The translations under genes and the position numbers were made by a program. A DNA stretch of 64,000 nucleotides. Source: Planctomycetota bacterium (GTDB lineage: Bacteria > Planctomycetota > GCA-002687715 > CAIWVZ01). The stretch's first letter is position 1, and every line of letters begins with the position of its first letter. The notes under the pieces were generated by a model. The model had not been told where the DNA came from and did no database searches. It saw only the letters and a list, made by a program, of their open reading frames with translations. The DNA lies in the NCBI GenBank assembly GCA_044222185.1, contig JBGANV010000008.1:128001-192000 (forward strand), given 5' to 3'. This document shows positions 39,657 to 50,753 of the stretch, piece by piece.

Positions 39657-40742
39657 TCAGACCGCCTTGGTCCTTCGCGCGGGCATCGTGCGCCCGACCT
39701 CCGCGCTGAGGTTCGCGGCGCGCATCGTCCAGGCGGCGAGCTTGCCGTCCTTGTCGAGGAGAAGGTGCAGCGGACCCTCGGCCAGACCGAAGCGTGCCCG
39801 CGGGATCGACTTCTCGAAGCCACCGTCGTCGACGATGACCGGCCAGACGTAGCCCCGTGCCGTGAGACCCGCGCGCGCCACGGCGGCGTCCGCTGATCCG
39901 TCGATGGTCACGACGGTGACCAGCGATAGTCCCTGAGGTGCCCAACGTTCGACGAGCCCGTGGAGCGCGGCGGTCTCGCGCCGGTCCGTATCGGAAACGT
40001 AGTCGCCGACGTTCGATTCGAACGTGATGATCCAAGGCCGACCCTGGGGCGTGAGGGGCTGCCCCACGGCGGGATCGGCGGCAGCACCTGGAGATGGCAA
40101 GTCGAACTTGGTCCCGACGGCATCACAGAGCCGACGCAATCGCGTGGCCTCGCGGGAGATCTCGCGGGAGCGCTTCGCGATCGGCTCGAGAAGGTCGAGC
40201 CACGCCTTCTGGCGCGCCGATGACGCCGTGGCGTATTTCACGAGGCGCAGGATCGCTCCTTCGACCTCGAAGTCCCGCGGCGCGACCGAGAACGATGCGC
40301 GAACGATCGCCTCGCGCTCATCGAGGGGAGCCGTGAGCACGGTCGTCGCCGCCAGCGCCCGCGCGCCTGCCGCAGCCGCCTGGAGATCGGAACCCGACGT
40401 CGCATCCACGGCCGCGGTCTCGACGAAGACCGGCGCCGCGTCTTTCTGGACGGTGCAGAACAGCGTCCACCGTCGTCGCATCACCTCCGCGATGCGTTCA
40501 TGACGCGGCGCCACCTGCATTAGCTCCTGCGCGAGACGTTGCTGGCTCTCAGCGGCCTCACGGACCTGTCGGTCGAACCGTGCCAGGGACTCCGCATCCG
40601 TGCCGTCGGACATCGACGGGAAGACGACGGCGTCGTAGTCGCGCAGGATTGCCGTCGCGTCGCGCACCTGCGCCGGGAGGCAAACCCCGCAAACGGCGAA
40701 CACACACGCGAACACACCGAGGCGCAAGACGGCGAGGTGCAT
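39657..40742 (-). CDS. Secreted protein with C-terminal TlpA/thioredoxin-like domain lacking CxxC
   Basis: Signal peptide; GRPWIITF...ERWAPQGLSLVTV...WPVIVD...FGLAEGPLHLLLDKDGKL. Confidence 0.65.
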   Translation of the reverse strand: MHLAVLRLGVFACVFAVCGVCLPAQVRDATAILRDYDAVVFPSMSDGTDAESLARFDRQVREAAESQQRLAQELMQVAPRHERIAEVMRRRWTLFCTVQKDAAPVFVETAAVDATSGSDLQAAAAGARALAATTVLTAPLDEREAIVRASFSVAPRDFEVEGAILRLVKYATASSARQKAWLDLLEPIAKRSREISREATRLRRLCDAVGTKFDLPSPGAAADPAVGQPLTPQGRPWIITFESNVGDYVSDTDRRETAALHGLVERWAPQGLSLVTVVTIDGSADAAVARAGLTARGYVWPVIVDDGGFEKSIPRARFGLAEGPLHLLLDKDGKLAAWTMRAANLSAEVGRTMPARRTKAV

Positions 40743-40799
40743 GGCGCGAGCCTACCACGGCGAGTGTAGGCCGGCGGGCCTGGGCCAGACGGCGAGCCC

Positions 40800-40967
40800 G
40801 ATGCCGGTCCGCGCCAGCTCGTCCCGAAGGACGTCGGTGAGGTCGAAGAGCTTGCGCTCGCGGAGCAAGCGGCGGATGTCGTGGACGACCTGCATGACGG
40901 GGCCGCGATTGCCGGCGGTCGCCTTCTTCGCGTCCGTCCCGTCGGGCAACACGCCGAGCACATCGCC
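40800..40967 (-). pseudogene. Diverged duplicate of the cysS 3' region (matches 41575-41742)
   Basis: Translates to GDVLGVLPDGTDAKKATAGNRGPVMQVVHDIRRLLRERKLFDLTDVLRDELARTGI, 47/56 identical to CysS by manual alignment. Confidence 0.9.
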
Positions 40968-41215
40968 ACCGGCCAGCGACCCGTCCACGCGGATGTCCTC
41001 ATCACCTCCCGGCCACGAGATGCCGATCCCCCGCCCAATCAACCGCCAACGCGAACGGACCGCCTTCGTCGCGTTCACCGGTTGCGGAACCGAGACGAGG
41101 GGCGCGGCGACAGGCCTGACGTCCGAGCACCGGGCTCTCTTTGCGCGCGCCCGCTGACGGTCCCACCGCGAGCCGGCGTGATCGTCGTTCGCGAAAACGC
41201 GGGCGATCGCGACAT
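40968..41215 (-). pseudogene. Degenerate DUF2442-like gene remnant
   Basis: SDVRPVAAPL..P..NAT...RWRLIGRGIGISWPGGDEDIRVDGSLAG resembles the DUF2442 pattern (DGR..PL..WrliG.GIHWPDLDEDISV.GLL) with conserved residues decayed. Confidence 0.6.
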
Positions 41216-41244
41216 CGCAAGTCCTCGCACCTCGCAAGTGCGAC

Positions 41245-41472
41245 GGAGCGCCGCACGACCCGAGCGTCAGCGAGGGCGTGCGGCAGGACCGCCGGTCGAC
41301 CGCAGCGAAGCGAGGACGACCGGTCCGGCCGATCTCGACGCGCTGACAGACTCTCGATGATCACGCAGCCATCAGTGATCTCGCACCCGGCCCCATTCCA
41401 CGCCCGTCGGACCGCGCGAGACGCGCGGCGATCCCGCCGGTCCCCGCCGAGACGGCGGAGGACTGGCGCTCC
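41245..41472. repeat. Dispersed repeat, copy C
   Basis: GGAGCGCC...GGCGCTCC ends with the same internal blocks as copy A; lies just downstream of the cysS stop. Confidence 0.85.
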
Positions 41473-41529
41473 TACGCGCCGCTCGATCGCAGCCGGCGCA
41501 CGGTTCGACCGGAAGCGTTCACGAGATCC

Positions 41530-43004
<1,475 letters not shown>

Positions 43005-43005
<1 letters not shown>

Positions 43006-43820
43006 CACTTGGTGAAGACCGAGTCGTCGATCCCCTTGTTGACCTTGTAGTTCGCGAACTGCATGACCGTCTCCGGTCCGGCCTTGCCGCCCTGCGTGCC
43101 GATGATCGTCGTCTTCGAGACGAGGGTGATGCCGTCGACGTCGGCGTACTCGAACTTCATCGTGTTGGTGGTGCCCGACGCGGCGTCACCGAACTTCGTC
43201 GCGACCTCGGAGAGGAAGAACTTGCCCTTCCGCTCGGTGTAGGTCATGTCGATGTCCTGCGTGCCGCCGGCCGGCGACGTCACGTGCGCCGACTTCACGA
43301 GGCCGCGCTCGTCGAACGTGAGCAGCTCTTCGCGGAACTGCTGCTTCGACGCCTCGGACTTCGCCGTGACCTTCACCTTGTTCTCGCCGTCCATCACGAT
43401 CTCGTCGCCCGTGCGCTTGCCGAGTTCGGACTGGCCGACGACGACGCGGACCATCATCGGCGCATTCACCTTGGCCTGGGTCTTGACGGTGGGCAGCAGG
43501 AGCTCGAGCTGAGTCTTCTTGTCCGCGGGAGTGTTCGCCGGAACGACGACGTCGGTCGCGACCTTCTCGGGAGCCTTCCACTGCACCTGCATGGTCAGGA
43601 GCATGGTGCGTTCAGGGTTGATCGGGAGGTCGATGTCGAAAGCGACGTCCTTCAGTCCGTTCTCCTGAGGGACATACATGAGGGAGTCGTGTTTCTGGAG
43701 CAGCTTGACCGCTGCCGGATCCTGTTTGGGAGCTGCGGTCGCAGGCGGTGTGGCCGGATTCTGGGCGAGGACGATCGAGCCGATGAAAAACGCCGCGATT
43801 CCGAAGGGCAGGCACTTCAT
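43005..43820 (-). CDS. Secreted hypothetical protein (LolA/lipoprotein-sorting-like beta fold)
   Basis: Signal peptide MKCLPFGIAAFFIGSIVLAQ, beta-rich, C-terminal NYKVNKGIDDSVF; TGATG coupling to cysS. Confidence 0.7.
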
Positions 43821-44036
43821 GACGATTTGACTCCAAGGGGTCGATGAGACCCGTGCATCCCGTCGATGCACCCCCCGTGCCAGGACGGGAAGTCCGCCGG
43901 AGGCCGCACATTCTGGGCGTGGGACGCGGGATGTACAACGAGCGCCCCGCCAACACCGGGAAATTGACCTGCCCCGTGGACATGGACGTCCTCAGCCGGG
44001 CGCAGATCGCAGTCGACTCGACACCGAGGAGCAGCC

Positions 44037-44612
44037 ATGGCCTGGATCCGACTCATCCAAGACGGGGAAGCGACCGGACTGCTGAAGCGATTGTTCGACG
44101 AGGCGATCGCGCGAGCCGGCCGCATCTGGAACATCGTCCGTGTGATGAGTCGGCGACCGAAGCAACTGGACGCGTCGATGGCGCTGTACCGAGAGGTGAT
44201 GTTCGGTGAGTCCGCACTCACGCGTGCCGAGCGCGAGATGGTCGCGGTCGTCGTGTCCGCCACCAACGGTTGCTTTTATTGAACCGTCGCACACGGATTT
44301 GATCTCCGGTCGGAGATCGACAAGACCGAACGAGTCGACGCGATCGTTCGGGAATGGCGAAATGCAGAGCTGTCGAAACGCGAGCGCGCGCTGTGCACGT
44401 TCGCCGAAGCGCTGACGAAGAACCCGGGTCACTCGCGAGAGAACGATCTCGCTCCGCTGCGCGAGGTCGGACTCGACGATGACGCGATCACCGATCTCGT
44501 TCAGGTGATCGCATACTTCAACTACATCAACCGCGTCGCTGATGGACTCGGTGTCGACCCGGAGCCGTTTTTCCCGTCGCGCGCTGAACATTCAGAGCAT
44601 CGAACGACGTGA
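44037..44612 (+). CDS. AhpD/CMD-family peroxidase-related selenoprotein (CxxU; UGA at 44280-44282)
   Basis: GAGGAG RBS; LTRAEREMVAVVVSATNGCFY-TGA-TVAHG continues in frame through LSKRERALCTFAEALT and IAYFNYINRVADGLG to TGA 44610-44612. Confidence 0.9.
44299..44320 (+). promoter_or_regulatory. Candidate bacterial SECIS element
   Basis: TTGATCTCC-GGTC-GGAGATCGA, a 9-bp stem (one G-U) with a GGUC loop 25 nt after the UGA. Confidence 0.75.
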
Positions 44613-44648
44613 TGCGTTTTCTTCCATCTCGCGATCGTGCGAAGTAGC

Positions 44649-45524
44649 ATGTCGCGGACAACGGAAACGCATCACATGGTCACGAAGGAAATCTCAGCAC
44701 TGTTGATGTTGCTCGACGATGAAAGCCCGGACGTCGTCGCCGCGGTTCGCGAACGCCTGCTCGCTCTCGGCGAAGATGCTCTCGCCGCCGTGCGTGACGC
44801 AGCGCAGTCGGACGACGCGCGACGCCGCCTCGCTGCACGCGCGACCGAACGCGCGATCCTCGCGAAGCGGTGCGAGCGCGCGCTCGCCGACTACCTCGCG
44901 CAGGACGAGATCGACCTCGAGACCGCCGTCATCATGCTCGCGAAGGTGAACGACCCGTTCATCGACGGCGATGCGATCCGTGGCCGGCTCGACGAGCTCG
45001 GCAAGCGCGTGCGTGAACTCCTCCCGCAAGCGTCGACACCGAGCGAGCGCGCCGCGCTCCTCGGTCAGGTGATCCACGGACAGGAAGGCATCACCGGCGA
45101 CGAGCAGGACTACTATCACCCCGCCAACTCGTACATCGACCTGGTTCTGGATCGGAGGAAGGGAATCCCGATCACCCTCGCGGTGATCTACGTGCTCGTC
45201 GGGCAGCGCGCAGGCCTGAACGTGTTCGGGATCGGCTTTCCGCGCCATTTCGTGGCGGGCTTCATCGATGGCGCGTTCAGCGTTCAGATCGACGCCTACC
45301 ACGGTGGAAAGCTCCTGGACCGTCAGGCCTGCGCGGACATGCTCTTCGCGCAGAACCTCCCCTACCACGAGTCGTTCTTCGCCCGCGCGACGCCCAAGGA
45401 CATCCTGCGGCGCATGCTCGGCAACCTGGCCTTCGTCTACCGCGACCGCAACGACTCGCCGCGTCTCGCACGAAGCGAAGCTCTCCTGTCCAAGCTCGAC
45501 CGGCGGCTCGCCCGCAAGGTCTGA
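44649..45524 (+). CDS. SirB1/transglutaminase-like (Transglut_core2) protein
   Basis: LLDDESPDV, YYHPANSYIDLVLDRRKGIPITL, GIGFPRHF, ILRRMLGNL. Start uncertain (44649 or 44676). Confidence 0.85.
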   Translation: MSRTTETHHMVTKEISALLMLLDDESPDVVAAVRERLLALGEDALAAVRDAAQSDDARRRLAARATERAILAKRCERALADYLAQDEIDLETAVIMLAKVNDPFIDGDAIRGRLDELGKRVRELLPQASTPSERAALLGQVIHGQEGITGDEQDYYHPANSYIDLVLDRRKGIPITLAVIYVLVGQRAGLNVFGIGFPRHFVAGFIDGAFSVQIDAYHGGKLLDRQACADMLFAQNLPYHESFFARATPKDILRRMLGNLAFVYRDRNDSPRLARSEALLSKLDRRLARKV

Positions 45525-45609
45525 ACCTGCGCGGCGGACCTCCGCCCGCGCACCCGGCCGCTGTTAACCTCGCCCACCGCCGAAGTCCGGCGGTGCGAGC
45601 AACGACAGC

Positions 45610-46770
45610 ATGGCCGACGACCTCCTTAAATGGCGCCCTGAGTTCCCGATCCTCCAGAAGTCCGTCTACATGATCTCGAACTCGCTCGGCGCCATGCCGC
45701 GCGGCGTCTTCGACGAGATGAAGAACTTCGCGGAGATGTGGGCGACGCGCGGAGTGCGCGCGTGGCACGAGGGCTGGTGGGAGATGCCGATCACCGTCGG
45801 CAACATCCTGTGCGACATCCTGGGCGCACCGCACGGCACCATCACCATGCACCAGAACGTGTCGATCGCCGAGAGCATCCTGCTCTCGTGCTTCGACTTC
45901 TCCGGTCGGCGCAACAAGGTCGTGTACACGGACATGAACTTCCCGTCCGTGATGTACGTCTTCGAGGCGCAGAAGCGACGCGGTGCTCGCATCGTCATGG
46001 TGAAGAGCGACGACGGCATCGGGGTCGACACGCAGAAGCTGCTCGACGCCATTGACGAGGAAACGCTCCTCGTTCCGATCTCACACGTCCTCTTCCGCTC
46101 GGCATTCATCCAGGATGCCAAGGCGATCATCGAGAAGGCGCATCGCGTCGGGGCGAAGGTGATCCTCGACGTGTACCAGTCGGCCGGCACGGTGCCGCTG
46201 AACCTCACGGAACTGAAGACGGACTTCGCCGTGGGCGGCTCGGTCAAATGGCTCTGCGGCGGGCCCGGCGCGGGTTACCTCTACGTGCGACCCGATCTGG
46301 CGGCGACGCTCGAGCCGGCCTACACGGGCTGGCAGGCGCACGAGCGGCCGTTCGAGTTCGAGATCGGCCCGATCCATTACGCGAAGGATCAGTTCCGCTT
46401 CCTCAACGGAACACCGCACGTGCCGGCGCTCTATGCAGCGCAGTCCGGCTACAAGATCATTCGCGAGATCGGCGTGCCCCGCATCCGTGAGAAGTCGAAG
46501 CGCCTCGTGAAGATGATCATGGAGCGCGCGCTCGGGCACGGCATCAAGATCACCTGCCCGGCCAACGAGCATCAGCGCGGCGGGACGGTGGCGCTCGACG
46601 TCCCCGAAGGCAAGCAGGTCTGCGACGAGCTCATCCGCCGCGAGTTCGTCGTGGACTACCGCCCCAAGTCGGGCATCCGCGTCTCGCCGCACTTCTACTC
46701 GACGGAGGAGGAGTGTCTCGCCGTCGTCGACGAGGCCAAGAAGATTCTGCGGGAGAAGAACCTTGGGTGA
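45610..46770 (+). CDS. kynU: Kynureninase (class V PLP enzyme)
   Basis: SNSLGAMP, NFPS, DVYQSAG, GGSVKWLCGGPGAG, RGGTV; coupled to a kynB-like gene. Confidence 0.78.
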   Translation: MADDLLKWRPEFPILQKSVYMISNSLGAMPRGVFDEMKNFAEMWATRGVRAWHEGWWEMPITVGNILCDILGAPHGTITMHQNVSIAESILLSCFDFSGRRNKVVYTDMNFPSVMYVFEAQKRRGARIVMVKSDDGIGVDTQKLLDAIDEETLLVPISHVLFRSAFIQDAKAIIEKAHRVGAKVILDVYQSAGTVPLNLTELKTDFAVGGSVKWLCGGPGAGYLYVRPDLAATLEPAYTGWQAHERPFEFEIGPIHYAKDQFRFLNGTPHVPALYAAQSGYKIIREIGVPRIREKSKRLVKMIMERALGHGIKITCPANEHQRGGTVALDVPEGKQVCDELIRREFVVDYRPKSGIRVSPHFYSTEEECLAVVDEAKKILREKNLG

Positions 46771-47392
46771 GCGACGGATCTGGGACATCTCGCGCACCGT
46801 CGACGAATCGACGGCCGTCTGGCCCGGTGACACGGCGTTCTCCCGCAAGTGGGTGATGCGGATCGACGGCGGTTGCTCGTGCAACGTGTCGACGGTCACG
46901 CACACGGTCCACTGCGGGACTCACGCCGACGCACCGCTCCACTTCGTCGATGGCGCCGCGGGAATCGACGCCGTGGACCTGCGGAAGTACCTGGGACCGT
47001 GCCGCGTGCTGACGGCGAAGAGCGCCGATTGCCTTCGCGTCACCGACCTCGCCGGCCTCGATCTCGCGAAGGAAGAGCGGCTGCTCGTCCGCGGTCCGGA
47101 CGCGCTGCGCGACGACGAGTGGCGCGACGAGTTCTTTCATTGCTCCGTCGACGCCGCGCGTCACGCCGCGACTCACGGGCTTCGACTGCTCGGGCTCGAC
47201 ACGCCCTCGATGGACTTCATGACGTCGAGAGAGCTCGAGGCTCACAAGGCGTTGATCGCCGGCGGGGTCGCGATCCTCGAAAACCTGGACCTCTCGGCCG
47301 TGCCCGACGGTCGCTACGAGCTCATCGCGCTCCCGCTGCGCATCCGCGGCGCCGACGCGTCGCTCGTCCGCGCCGTGCTCCGCGAGATCTGA
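46763..47392 (+). CDS. kynB: Kynurenine formamidase (cyclase family)
   Basis: WDIS..VWPGDT, HCGTHADAPLH, GLDTPSMD, ILENLDL, YELIALPL..GADASLVRAVLR. Confidence 0.85.
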   Translation: MGERRIWDISRTVDESTAVWPGDTAFSRKWVMRIDGGCSCNVSTVTHTVHCGTHADAPLHFVDGAAGIDAVDLRKYLGPCRVLTAKSADCLRVTDLAGLDLAKEERLLVRGPDALRDDEWRDEFFHCSVDAARHAATHGLRLLGLDTPSMDFMTSRELEAHKALIAGGVAILENLDLSAVPDGRYELIALPLRIRGADASLVRAVLREI

Positions 47393-47417
47393 CGCCGCGC
47401 CGCGCGTGGCGCGCGGC

Positions 47418-47969
47418 TCAGCGACGCATCCGCGGGACGGATTTCAATCGATCGACGTCGGCGAGTGCCGCCGCGAACGCGGCGCGGAGCTCGTCACCGC
47501 CGACGTCCGCATCCAGACCCTCGTCGCGCAGGCGCCAGGAGTTCGCCGTTCGAGAGCGCGAAAGCCACGCGGGTTTGCCGATCGCGCCGAAGTCGTACCG
47601 GGCTCGCGTGACAGGCGAGGACTCGGGCAACGGGGTCTGATCGCAGACCGAGAGGAAGTAGGCGCAGCTGCGAACGTCGCTCAGAGGCCAGATCGCGCCG
47701 TCGTGCCAGGAGTCGTTTGCATCCGTGCGCCATCGAAACTGGACCTGGTACCACGTCGACAGTCCTTCGCAGACGCGGCCCACCTGGAACGAGATCACGC
47801 GGCTCGCGTGGGATCGGTCGCGGATCTGCACGTCGGACGTCGGCAGCCACTCCTCGATCTGCGCGTATGTCGTGAGATCCGAACCCGAGGTGGGCGAACC
47901 GACCGCGGAATCGCGCCCCGCCACCAGCAGCATCACGCCAGCTCCCACTGCCGCCATCTTCGCGAGCAT
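47418..47969 (-). CDS. Hypothetical protein with signal-peptide-like N-terminus
   Basis: GGAGGAGG RBS before ATG 47969 and a hydrophobic N-terminus; no motif recognised. Confidence 0.55.
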   Translation of the reverse strand: MLAKMAAVGAGVMLLVAGRDSAVGSPTSGSDLTTYAQIEEWLPTSDVQIRDRSHASRVISFQVGRVCEGLSTWYQVQFRWRTDANDSWHDGAIWPLSDVRSCAYFLSVCDQTPLPESSPVTRARYDFGAIGKPAWLSRSRTANSWRLRDEGLDADVGGDELRAAFAAALADVDRLKSVPRMRR

Positions 47970-48084
47970 CGGGCCTCCTCCGTCAGGCGTCGCGAGCGAA
48001 GTGCTCCGATTCCGCGGGCGATGGCCTGGATCGCGAAGAGCCTACAGCGGGTGGGCGACGATGGGCAGGTGGGCTCTTGAAGAA

Positions 48085-48337
48085 CACGCGGGCATCAGTG
48101 ATCTCGCACCGGGCCACAATCCACGCCCGTTGGCCCGCGCGAGACGCGCGGCGGTCCGGAGCGCCGCTCGAACCGCAGCGATAGCGAGGACGAGCGGCAG
48201 GATCGCCGGTCGACCGCAGCACAGCGAGGACGACCGGACCGGCCGATTTCGACGCGCTGACAGGCTCTCGATCATCACGCGGGCGTCAGTGATCCCGCAC
48301 CGGGCTCCGCCGAGACGGCGGAAGACCGGCGCTCCGG
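48085..48337. repeat. Dispersed repeat, copy D (right-half fragment followed by an internally deleted unit)
   Basis: 48085-48153 matches the CATCAGTGATCTCGCACCGGG..GCGCGGCG block; 48156-48337 is bounded by CCGGAGCGCCG / CGGCGCTCCGG. Confidence 0.8.
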
Positions 48338-48345
48338 CGGCGCGA

Positions 48346-49791
48346 TCAAACCGCGGCGGGCTCGGCGGGCGCGGGCCGCTCCGAATCGGCGGCGCGGAAC
48401 TCGCGTTGCTTGACGATCTCGAGGGCGGCGGCGCGGTAGCCCTCGGCGAGCGTCGGGAAGTTGAAGATGTGATCGATGAACACATCCACGTCGTCGCCGG
48501 CGAGAAGCGCCATCTGCGCGACGTGAATGATCTCGGTGGCGCCGTCGCCGATGATCTGGGCACCAAGGAGCTTCTTGCCCGCGGCGTCGGCGACGAGCGT
48601 CAACATGCCGTGCCGGATCGCACTGATCTGACCGCGCGCGAGCTCGCTCAGCGACACGCGACCGAGGATGATCTCACCGTGCACCTTGCGCGCATCCGTC
48701 TCCGACAACCCCACGCTGGAGATCTCCGGGACGGTGTAGATGCCGATGGGTATCATCTCCGGCGCATGCCCCAGATCGAGGCCGAGCGAGTGGCGAACGG
48801 CGCGACGGCCCTGCTCCATCGACGACGACGCGAGCGACGGTGGCCCGATCACGTCACCGACTGCGTAGATACCGGGCACGCACGTCTGACAGAACTCGTC
48901 GACGACGATCAAACCGCGATCGCTGAGCTTCACGCCCGTGGCGGGGATGTTCAGTCCTTCGACGTTGGACACGCGTCCGAGTGCACACAGCAGCTTGTCG
49001 CTCTTGACCACCGTCCCATCGTCGAGAGTCGTGACGACGGCCGAGAGCCCGTCCCATTCGACGGACGTGGGCGACCGACCTCCGAGGAACGTCCCGCCCT
49101 GCTCTTCGAACGAGCGCACGAACCGCTCGCTCAACGTGGAGTCGACGCACGTCAGCGGCAGTTGTGCCTTGTCGATCATCGTGACCTTCACGCCGAGGAC
49201 CTGGAAGATCGAGGCATATTCGCTGGCGATGACGCCGCCGCCCAACACGGTGAGCGACGCCGGGAGGTAGATCATCGAGAGCACGGAGTCGCTGTCGAGG
49301 ATGAACTCGTGGTCGATCGGCACGTTGGCTGGCGCTCGTGGACGCGACCCGACGGCGATCACGATGACGTCCGCCGAGATGTCGCGGGTCTTGCCCGACG
49401 GAGCCATCACGCGCAGCGACTTCGGCCCCGTGAACGACGCGCGTCCGTGCCACAGTTCCACGCCGGCACGACGCAGTTGATGATCCATCACGCGAACGTG
49501 ACCGCGCACGACCGTCTCGAGACGCGACATGAGCGTCTCGACCTTGATCTCGGGCGGGATGTTGACGTCCAGCGTGCCGCCGGTCCGCTCGCGAAGGCTG
49601 GCGAGATTCACGGCGGTCTCGCGCAGCGTCTTGCTCGGAATCGTGCCGCGATGAACGCACGCTCCGCCGACGCCGAGCTCTCGCTCGATCATGACGACGC
49701 GTTTCCCCGCCTTGGTGCCTTGGATCGCGGCTGTCTGTCCCGCAGGTCCGCTCCCGATCACCACGATGTCGACGTGCGCCATCTCGCTCAT
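48346..49791 (-). CDS. sthA: Soluble (Si-specific) pyridine nucleotide transhydrogenase
   Basis: IGSGPAG, GGACVHRGTIPSKTLRE (CxxxxT, no redox disulfide), GGGVIASEYASIF, GIYTVPEIS, FNFPTLAEGY. Confidence 0.92.
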   Translation of the reverse strand: MSEMAHVDIVVIGSGPAGQTAAIQGTKAGKRVVMIERELGVGGACVHRGTIPSKTLRETAVNLASLRERTGGTLDVNIPPEIKVETLMSRLETVVRGHVRVMDHQLRRAGVELWHGRASFTGPKSLRVMAPSGKTRDISADVIVIAVGSRPRAPANVPIDHEFILDSDSVLSMIYLPASLTVLGGGVIASEYASIFQVLGVKVTMIDKAQLPLTCVDSTLSERFVRSFEEQGGTFLGGRSPTSVEWDGLSAVVTTLDDGTVVKSDKLLCALGRVSNVEGLNIPATGVKLSDRGLIVVDEFCQTCVPGIYAVGDVIGPPSLASSSMEQGRRAVRHSLGLDLGHAPEMIPIGIYTVPEISSVGLSETDARKVHGEIILGRVSLSELARGQISAIRHGMLTLVADAAGKKLLGAQIIGDGATEIIHVAQMALLAGDDVDVFIDHIFNFPTLAEGYRAAALEIVKQREFRAADSERPAPAEPAAV

Positions 49792-50651
49792 GAAACCGCA
49801 TCCATGGAACTGAGCACCCTCTGGCTCGTGGCGACGAGCGCCGCCACGTCGTCGGGGTAGAGATTCAGCGCTTGCACGACCGCGAGGTTGCGCAGGTCCT
49901 CGACGTCCAGGCTGCCTCCCAGCAACATCCGGTCGGACAACTCGTCGGCGAGCGCGGTCATGGCGGCGAGTTCCTGGTAGGTCGGAGCCTGCTCCCATGC
50001 GTGGTGGAACTCGATGGCCTCGGCGACCTGCTTCGAGAGGTTCCACTTCGTCGCGAACTGCGCGCCCACGCCGGCGTGCATCTCGTCGATGACGGGAAGC
50101 ACGGCCTCACGCGACGGCATCACGACGCTCTTCGCCACCGCGGCAGCGGCGCCGAAGATCACCGACTTGCCCATGTCGTGCAGCAGGCCGCAGATGAACG
50201 CACCTTCCACGTTGCGACGCCGCGCCCGCGCGATCTCCTTCGCGAACAGCCCGCTTGCAAACGAGTGCCGCCAGAGATCGCGGGCCTCCGCCTCGAACGG
50301 TTTCACGGTGACCATCCGCGACCGGACGGAGACGGCGAACGCCATGTCGCACAACGCCGCGAACCCGATCCGGCTGATGGCTTGCTGCAGCGACACGATC
50401 GGCTCCCGGCCTGCGTAGAGCGGGGAATTCGAGATGCGGAGCACGTTCGAAGCGAGCGCCTGATCGCGATGAATGAGCTCGGCGAGCTTCTTGGCGTCCG
50501 TGTCTGCGGACTGCGAGAGCGACAAGACCTGGTTGGCGACCTCGGGCAGGGGCGGAATCTCCAGCGTGCCTGATGCCAACGACTTGGCGAGGTGCTCGCG
50601 CACCTTCGCCGTCCACTCACCCGTGTCGATGATCACTTCCGTTTCAGCCAT
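49788..50651 (-). CDS. HDOD domain protein
   Basis: PPLPEVA, DQALASNVLRISNSPLY, LWRHS, GLLHDMGK, KWNL..AIEFHH. Confidence 0.92.
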   Translation of the reverse strand: MAETEVIIDTGEWTAKVREHLAKSLASGTLEIPPLPEVANQVLSLSQSADTDAKKLAELIHRDQALASNVLRISNSPLYAGREPIVSLQQAISRIGFAALCDMAFAVSVRSRMVTVKPFEAEARDLWRHSFASGLFAKEIARARRRNVEGAFICGLLHDMGKSVIFGAAAAVAKSVVMPSREAVLPVIDEMHAGVGAQFATKWNLSKQVAEAIEFHHAWEQAPTYQELAAMTALADELSDRMLLGGSLDVEDLRNLAVVQALNLYPDDVAALVATSQRVLSSMDAVS

Positions 50652-50753
50652 TGCCCCCGCCTTGCTTAGGTGATTTCGGCAAGGCAGGGGTTTCGCCCCA
50701 AGGGCTGCGCGGGAAGCCGGATCCGTCAGGCGGCGTGCCGCAGTGCGACGGTC

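Noticed and set aside
45610-46770. Selenocysteine lyase/cysteine desulfurase linked to the nearby selenoprotein
   Set aside because: The motifs and coupling to kynB fit kynureninase, and no desulfurase catalytic Cys loop was seen.
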